NCBI GenBank assembly: GCA_963778565.1
Contig: CAVZUZ010000012.1
Coordinates: 795,764 to 859,763 of the forward strand
DNA length: 64,000 nucleotides
DNA from: Thermoanaerobaculaceae bacterium
Lineage (GTDB): Bacteria; Acidobacteriota; Thermoanaerobaculia; Multivoradales; UBA5704
Direction of reading: 5' to 3'
Positions 58,477-64,000 of the stretch are shown here, one piece after another. The notes below the pieces were generated by a model. That model had not been told where the DNA came from, ran no database searches, and saw only the letters and a program-made list of their open reading frames with translations. Position 1 is the first letter of the stretch. Each line of letters begins with the position of its first letter. A program made the translations under genes and the position numbers.

Positions 58477-59814
58477 ATGAGAACCCTCCTCCGCCTCGTC
58501 CTCAAGGCCTTCTTCCGCGAGGTCGAGGTCGTCGGCGCCGAACGGATTCCCCTCGACCGGCCGCTCGTCCTGGTGGCCAACCACGTCAACGGCCTCATCG
58601 ATCCCATCCTGCTGATGGCGGCGCTGCCGGTCCGTCCGCGTCTCCTCGCCAAGAGCACCCTGTGGAAGAACCCGATCGTCCGCCCGTTCCTCGGCATCGC
58701 CGGGGCGATCCCCGTCTACCGGCGGCAGGACGAGGGCGAGGACCCGTCGCGCAACCTCGAGACCTTCGCCCGCTGCCACGAGGTGCTGGCCGCCGGCGGC
58801 GCCATCGCCCTGTTCCCGGAAGGCAAGAGCCACAGCGAGCCGGCCCTCCAGCCGCTGCGGACGGGCGCGGCCCGCATCGTGCTGGAGGCCGAGCGGAGGT
58901 TCCCCGGCTTGGGCGCCCGCATCGTGCCCGTCGGCCTGCTCTTCGACGCCAAGGAGACCTTCCGTTCGCGCGCCCTGGTGCAGGTGGGAGAGCCGATCGA
59001 TCCGGCGCCGGCGATCGCGGAGATTGCGATGCAGGAGCGCGATCCCGCCGGCGCGGTCAGCGCCGCGCGCTCGCTGACCGCCCGCGTCGACGAAGGCTTG
59101 AAGGACGTCACCCTCAACTACGAGACCTGGGAAGAGGCGCGGCTGATCGCTCGCGCCGCCGACCTCTACCGCCGCCGGGCGCCCGAGCTGCCGGGGCGGG
59201 GGAGCCTCTCCGAAGGCTTCGCCTACCGGCGGGCCTTCCTGGAAGGCTACCGGCGCCTCCGCGAGCGCTACCCCGAAAAGGTCGCCGCCGTGGCGGAATG
59301 CGTCCGCGAGTACGACCGTCTCCTCCGCGCCTTCGGCCTGCGCGACGACCAGGTGGCCGCCGCCTATCCGCCCTCGCCGGTCCTACGCTTCCTCGGCCGC
59401 GCCCTGCTGCGCCTTCTCGTCCACCTGCCCGTCGCCGCGGTCGGCACCGTGCTGAGCTGGCCCGTCTACCGGATCGTCGGGCCGCTCGTCCGCCGCCTCA
59501 CCCGCAATCCCGACCAGGTCGCCACCTACAAGGTCTTCGGCGCCTTCATCCTCTTTCCCCTGGCCTGGATCGCCGAGGGATGGTTGGCAGGCCGCTATCT
59601 GGGAGGCTGGATCGGCGCGGCCGTCGCGCTCTCCGCGCCGTTCACGGCCTACGGCGCCCTCCTGTTCCACGACCAGCGTGAGGTGTTCTGGCGGGAGGCT
59701 CGGGCCTACCTCCTGCTGCGGACGCGGAAGCGCCTCGCCGCGGAGCTGAAAGAGCGTAGGGAGGAGGTGCTGCGGCGGGTGGAGGAGCTGGAGGCTCTGG
59801 TTGCCGTCGGCTGA
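58477..59814 (+). CDS. Lysophospholipid (PlsC-type) acyltransferase with C-terminal membrane extension
   Basis: Acyltransferase blocks NHVNGLIDP (HX4D), AIPVYRRQD, FPEGKSH and TGAARI. Confidence 0.85.
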   Translation: MRTLLRLVLKAFFREVEVVGAERIPLDRPLVLVANHVNGLIDPILLMAALPVRPRLLAKSTLWKNPIVRPFLGIAGAIPVYRRQDEGEDPSRNLETFARCHEVLAAGGAIALFPEGKSHSEPALQPLRTGAARIVLEAERRFPGLGARIVPVGLLFDAKETFRSRALVQVGEPIDPAPAIAEIAMQERDPAGAVSAARSLTARVDEGLKDVTLNYETWEEARLIARAADLYRRRAPELPGRGSLSEGFAYRRAFLEGYRRLRERYPEKVAAVAECVREYDRLLRAFGLRDDQVAAAYPPSPVLRFLGRALLRLLVHLPVAAVGTVLSWPVYRIVGPLVRRLTRNPDQVATYKVFGAFILFPLAWIAEGWLAGRYLGGWIGAAVALSAPFTAYGALLFHDQREVFWREARAYLLLRTRKRLAAELKERREEVLRRVEELEALVAVG

Positions 59815-59817
59815 GCT

Positions 59818-60315
59818 GCCAACGGCTCGTTGAAAACTTTCAACGGCCCGTTTCAAGGTTGCAACGTCGCATTCCGACCTTTGAACGACCCGTTGAAGCC
59901 TTGAAACGGCCCGTTCAAAGTCGGCAACGCCTCTTGAAGGCTTTGAATGACCCGTTCAAGGCTTTCAACGGCTCATTCCAAGCCTTGAACGAGCCGTCAC
60001 GAACCTGGAACGGGGCGGTCAAGGTCTTAATGAGCCGTTCGAACCCTTCAACGAGCCGTTGAAGGTCTGCAACGGCTGATTTCCAAGTTGGAACGGGCCG
60101 TTCAAGGGTTCCAATGAGCCATACAATTCTTGAATGAGCCGTTACAACCTTGAACGGCTCGTTGCAACCTTTGAACGAGCTATTGAAGCCTTTCAACGGC
60201 CCGTTCAAAGTCCTGAACGGGCTGTTGCAGACTTTGAACGCTCCGTTGAGACTCGAAACAGCCCGTTGAAGGTCTTGAACGAGCCGTTGAAACCTTTGAA
60301 CGAGCCGTTTTTCGA
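59818..60315. repeat. Tandem array of ~23-24 copies of a 21-nt unit with palindromic core (TTGAACGG/CCGTTCAA)
   Basis: Units include CCTTTGAACGACCCGTTGAAG, CTTTGAATGACCCGTTCAAGG and TTGAACGAGCCGTTGAAACC. There are no unique spacers. Confidence 0.9.
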
Positions 60316-60325
60316 AGGTGTTCTG

Positions 60326-61318
60326 CTACGACTCCGGATAGTAGATTCTGAGAATCGTCTCCAGCTCCTGGTTCAGTTTTCCGTAATCAGGACGGCTCAA
60401 GCTGCTCTTTTCGAGCACCTGGGAGATCTCGATGAGGCTCTGGCGCGCGGCCGGCTCGAGCTCCATCTCGCCGAGCCCCAGCTTCTGGCGCCAGACGAGC
60501 CTGCGGAGGAACGAGCGGGTGTCGCCGCGCCGGAAAAAAGAGGGCTCCCGTGCGGTCGCCGCGAGCCGGCCGGCCTCGATCCACTGGCCGAAATCGAGGT
60601 GGGGAGCATCGAACGCCTCCCTGGCCTGCCGTGCCAATTCCGAGGCCTGCCCGGCGAGCTGCTCCGGCGGGGTACCGTTCGCGATCGCCGCGGTGATGCC
60701 CGTATAGCCCTTCTTCAGCTCCTCGACGAACATCTGGTCCAGCAGGATCTGGAGGATTCGCGCCACGATGTCCTGGGCCTGCTCGCCCTGTTTCGTCTCC
60801 AGGGCCACCTGAAGATTGACGAGCTGGACGCCGATCCGGAACGACGCCGGATCGAGAGGAGTCTCGTATCCTTCGCCCGATCCGCGGAAGGTCGGTCCGA
60901 GCCAGAAGCTCCCGCTCAATGCCGGCTTGTTCTGGATCGGCTCGGTCACGGCGGTTGTCGTGAGAGCCGGTAAGGGACCCAGGAGGTAGTAACCGCCGCC
61001 ACCCCCGATCGCCACGAGAGCGGCCGCCGCCGCGGCGGCGAACCGCCCGAGGCTCCAGGCTCCTGCGCGCGAAGGGAAGGGCACGACGTTCCGCGCCACG
61101 CTCATCCCCGCCGGCTCCGGCTCGGTATCCAACTGGAACCGCACGGCCCCGACGTAGACGGCGTAGCAATCCTCGCAGGAGGCCAGGTGCTCGGTGATCC
61201 GCTGGCTTTCCGCCTTCCCGAGGGCGCCGTCGATATACGCTGCCAGCTCTTCATCCGTGGGCCAGTGCTCCTTGGGAGTTGCTGGCGGCGATGCGTTTCT
61301 TGATGCAAATTTCTGCAT
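60326..61318 (-). CDS. Putative anti-sigma factor (zf-HC2 N-terminus, TM, periplasmic domain)
   Basis: LAAYIDGALGKAESQRITEHLASCEDCYAVY is the HC2 zinc-finger motif. A TM segment AAAAAALVAIGGGGGYYLL follows. It lies downstream of the sigma gene. Confidence 0.65.
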   Translation of the reverse strand: MQKFASRNASPPATPKEHWPTDEELAAYIDGALGKAESQRITEHLASCEDCYAVYVGAVRFQLDTEPEPAGMSVARNVVPFPSRAGAWSLGRFAAAAAAALVAIGGGGGYYLLGPLPALTTTAVTEPIQNKPALSGSFWLGPTFRGSGEGYETPLDPASFRIGVQLVNLQVALETKQGEQAQDIVARILQILLDQMFVEELKKGYTGITAAIANGTPPEQLAGQASELARQAREAFDAPHLDFGQWIEAGRLAATAREPSFFRRGDTRSFLRRLVWRQKLGLGEMELEPAARQSLIEISQVLEKSSLSRPDYGKLNQELETILRIYYPES

Positions 61319-61398
61319 TTTAGCTAACCCGCCCGATCTCCGCCTGTTACTTAGACGGACATCGATGAAAGATTACCCCGGTTTCGCATGGACTTGGT

Positions 61399-62199
61399 CT
61401 AAAAATCCAGCTCCGGGACGCCCAGCGAACCGAGGACCTTCTCCACGTCCTGACGGCGCAGCCCTTGGCGCTCCAGCGCCTTCCTGAGTGTCTTGAGGAT
61501 CTTCTCGATGCGCCGGTAGAGGGGTTTCTGCTCCACGCCGCGGATCCTGGCGATGTCGGCGACTTTGAGCTCCGTCCACATCAGGATCAGGAAACGGTCC
61601 TCCTTGGGCAGCTCGGCGAGGGCGCGCTGCAGCGCTGCGTAGATCCTACGCCTCGTTACGCCCCTCTCCTGCGCCTCGATCCGTTCGTCCGGTCGGGGAT
61701 CGCAGGAGGGCTCGGTCTGCAGCGACTCCTCGCCGACGAAGCGCCGCAGGTTCCTGGGAGGGAGCTTCGCCGCGAGGTCGGCGAGCCCGGCCACGGACAT
61801 CTCCACCCGCCGGTTGAGACGGAGGATCTGGCATGCCTCGTCGAATGACCGTCCCTCCCGGACGATCTCCCTCTCCAGCCACATCGCCACCTCGCCCAGC
61901 CGCTCCGCCTCCGCCGAAGGCCGCCATTTGCCCCAGACAGAATTCTGGTAGTCTTGTAGTAGCCTTTGGATGACAGTAGTCAGATAGGTCTTGAAGCTGC
62001 TCCGCCCCTGGAACTGGCGGACGCGGGCGTAGTTGTCCTCGACGAGCTTCAAGCGGACGGTCCCGGCGAAGTCCTCCGCCTCCTGCCGGGAGAAGGGGCA
62101 CCGCCGGCAGGCATGGGCGATGACCTTCTCGATGTCCTTCAGGTGTCCGAGGAAGAGCTGCTCGGGGGTGAGGTCGTCCGGGGGGGCGGGGAGGGCCAT
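61399..62199 (-). CDS. Sigma-70 family (ECF-like, extended) RNA polymerase sigma factor
   Basis: Region 2-like FKTYLTTVIQRLLQDY and region 4 HTH LKVADIARIRGVEQKPLYRRIEKILKTLRKAL. Confidence 0.78.
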   Translation of the reverse strand: MALPAPPDDLTPEQLFLGHLKDIEKVIAHACRRCPFSRQEAEDFAGTVRLKLVEDNYARVRQFQGRSSFKTYLTTVIQRLLQDYQNSVWGKWRPSAEAERLGEVAMWLEREIVREGRSFDEACQILRLNRRVEMSVAGLADLAAKLPPRNLRRFVGEESLQTEPSCDPRPDERIEAQERGVTRRRIYAALQRALAELPKEDRFLILMWTELKVADIARIRGVEQKPLYRRIEKILKTLRKALERQGLRRQDVEKVLGSLGVPELDF

Positions 62200-62373
62200 G
62201 GGCTTTGTACGAGGGAAAGTCCTATTGGGATTTGCTGATAGAGGAGATTCTATAGGAGTTGAGGATAGGCGGGGGCCGGACCACCTGTAGGAGGCGAAAA
62301 TGAAACCGAGGAGGCGCAGAAGGCGCGCCCCTGGAAGGTAACCGGGAACAGACGCTGGGTTTTAGGCTTGCAT

Positions 62374-63978
62374 TCAGCCCGGGGGGACTGCGGGGTCGCA
62401 TTCCCAATCATCAATCCGCTCGCCCTCGTCAAGCTGATGCGCAGGAATCTCGATCGTGATGGGCAACCTACCTCTTTTCCGAGGCAGGAAATCGAATAAG
62501 TAAACGACATACATTCGGCTTTGGGTACAGTGCACCGGTGCTGCCTTGTAACCCCAACGGTAGGAGGGCCTTCGATACCACCACCACCAAAGCGGGCCCA
62601 GCCTCCTCCGGGCCTCCTTCCGAGCCTCCTTCAGGTCCCGCAGAGAACCTTCTTCTGCCCCGACAATTTGGCGGCCGACCCAGCTCAGATTCAGTAGGGC
62701 AGGCCTCCTGCTCTCACAGACCCTGTCGACTGGTGGCATCCCTCCCAATCCGCTCCGCGGTCCGGGACATCCTCCAAGAAGCCACTCGCCGCCTTCCCCG
62801 AAGACACGCACCGGGGTTTCTCCGACCCGAAGCCAGGGTTGCAGACGGATGTAGAGGCATTTCTTGTGTCGATCGATATCCTTGGCCGAGAAAGTCGAGA
62901 CGATGGCTTTCGCAGTTTCTGCGCCGTCGACATTCATCCTCAAGATTTCGATGTCCGGCCGGAGGCGTTTCACATTTTGGAGCCCTGGAGCGGGGCCGAT
63001 CCACTGGCTCTGCTCGAGGCCAATACTGGTCAACAGTGAAGAGAGGTCCTGAACGGAGAGGAGATGCTCGTCCAGAGGAGGCGTGAGATTCGAGGGCACC
63101 CAGGTGACGGTGGTAGCGCCGCTCCGGGGTTGGACCTTCAGGCAAGTGTCTTCCGCGCGAAAAATATCCTTCAACCAAGGTGGAAAGGAGTCGGAGAAAA
63201 GACTCACAGGCGGGAAGAGGACGTCGGCACCTCCACCTTTATAGCCATAGGGCAGCGCGGGTAGGTTAGACCATGGTAGGCCATTCAGCCAACTTGGCAA
63301 TGGAGTCCGTTCGACTTCCAGTATCGGCAAAGACGCAGGAGGAGGCACTTGGGGGGCGCCGGAAAGAGGGTGAGGCCCGGCAAATTCAAAGCGTTGTTGG
63401 AGGGCGGCTTCGAGGGCGGGGAAGGGAGGCTTCAGGTGAACAGGATATTGGATAAAAAGATGATCGCCATCGGGTGCCGGGTTCGGATCTCGAGTGAACT
63501 CCTGGTCATAGAGTGGCGTCTTCTCCCGATCCGATCGACCCCGCGTGATGCAAAGAGGGATGTGGTAGCCACGCCCCAATCCTAGCAGGAAGGAATCGGC
63601 GACCGGAAGGCGCGTCATCAGCTTGTAGTGCCAAATGGATGCCGTGGGGAAGGAGGAATAACCTCCAATCAACGTTGATCCCCCGCAGGCCATACGAAGA
63701 TTGGGGTTCAAGGGCATGCGACGGACGTCCGCGCTTCCAACCGTCGCACCCCACCGGGCGAAGACGTTGAAGTCGCGCAAGTCGAACTTTTCCGGAGCAA
63801 GGAAATCGGAATCTGGTCCAAGAGGTACGTCGCACTTCGGAATTGGCTCCTCGGCAGTCGGGATCGTGCAGTTGGGGCCATGGGCCATGACGTTGCAGCT
63901 CAGCATCCACCAGTAGCGCGTCCGCCAGTCACCCAGCGACATCGTCTTTAGTTTGACCACCTTGCTGTGCCAGGCCAT
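62374..63978 (-). CDS. Hypothetical 534-aa protein (orphan, lower GC)
   Basis: Long ORF with no competing frame and no recognised family. It has an unusual Trp/Arg/Tyr cluster, LGPLWWWWYRRPSYRWGY, near the C-terminus. Confidence 0.55.
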   Translation of the reverse strand: MAWHSKVVKLKTMSLGDWRTRYWWMLSCNVMAHGPNCTIPTAEEPIPKCDVPLGPDSDFLAPEKFDLRDFNVFARWGATVGSADVRRMPLNPNLRMACGGSTLIGGYSSFPTASIWHYKLMTRLPVADSFLLGLGRGYHIPLCITRGRSDREKTPLYDQEFTRDPNPAPDGDHLFIQYPVHLKPPFPALEAALQQRFEFAGPHPLSGAPQVPPPASLPILEVERTPLPSWLNGLPWSNLPALPYGYKGGGADVLFPPVSLFSDSFPPWLKDIFRAEDTCLKVQPRSGATTVTWVPSNLTPPLDEHLLSVQDLSSLLTSIGLEQSQWIGPAPGLQNVKRLRPDIEILRMNVDGAETAKAIVSTFSAKDIDRHKKCLYIRLQPWLRVGETPVRVFGEGGEWLLGGCPGPRSGLGGMPPVDRVCESRRPALLNLSWVGRQIVGAEEGSLRDLKEARKEARRRLGPLWWWWYRRPSYRWGYKAAPVHCTQSRMYVVYLFDFLPRKRGRLPITIEIPAHQLDEGERIDDWECDPAVPPG

Positions 63979-64000
63979 GATGAAAGTGGGTGTTCCATGG

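Noticed and set aside
59818-60315. Possible CRISPR array (also considered for 51415-52008)
   Set aside because: The repeats are directly adjacent with no unique spacers, the units are degenerate, and there are no cas genes in the window.

Overview
High-GC (roughly 65-70% by eye) bacterial chromosomal window. The gene content suggests an Acidobacteria-like organism (inference only): PadR plus a duplicated FtsX/MacB-type 'ADOP' permease, AmpG, a dynamin-like GTPase, nadCBA, Kup, and S9 and M1 peptidases. No rRNA, tRNA or CRISPR array was seen. Housekeeping genes are interrupted by lower-GC accessory patches: (i) 2.1-11.3 kb, a tyrosine recombinase + IS91 transposase pair, orphan genes and an IS256 copy with a clean 9-bp target duplication; (ii) 19.9-20.8 kb, an IS200-like/RAYT Y1 transposase flanked by inverted REP hairpins; (iii) 24.1-25.9 kb, an ABC-type ATPase + DUF4276 two-gene module that looks like a defence system; (iv) 40.8-47.7 kb, a toxin-antitoxin and defence island (VapBC, HipA-like + DUF3037, ParE-like, and a frameshifted Cap4-nuclease/STAND/repeat Avs-like gene). 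Several repeat families fill the intergenic space: GGGAGAGG-type hairpin repeats (one cluster expanded into a 95-nt tandem array, another containing a DUF559 gene), AAGGAC-rich palindromes, a 21-nt palindromic tandem array of about 24 units, and a 0.9-kb giant imperfect palindrome. The most unusual observation concerns four broken genes. Their reading-frame breaks all coincide with the same heptamer AAGCTCG (five copies, one inverted), and deleting it exactly restores each ORF. A second candidate of interest is an operon of an unknown 289-aa protein, a divergent SecA paralog with a C-terminal TM segment, and a leaderless GH25 muramidase. All calls come from reading the ORF translations and the sequence. 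No database search was possible.
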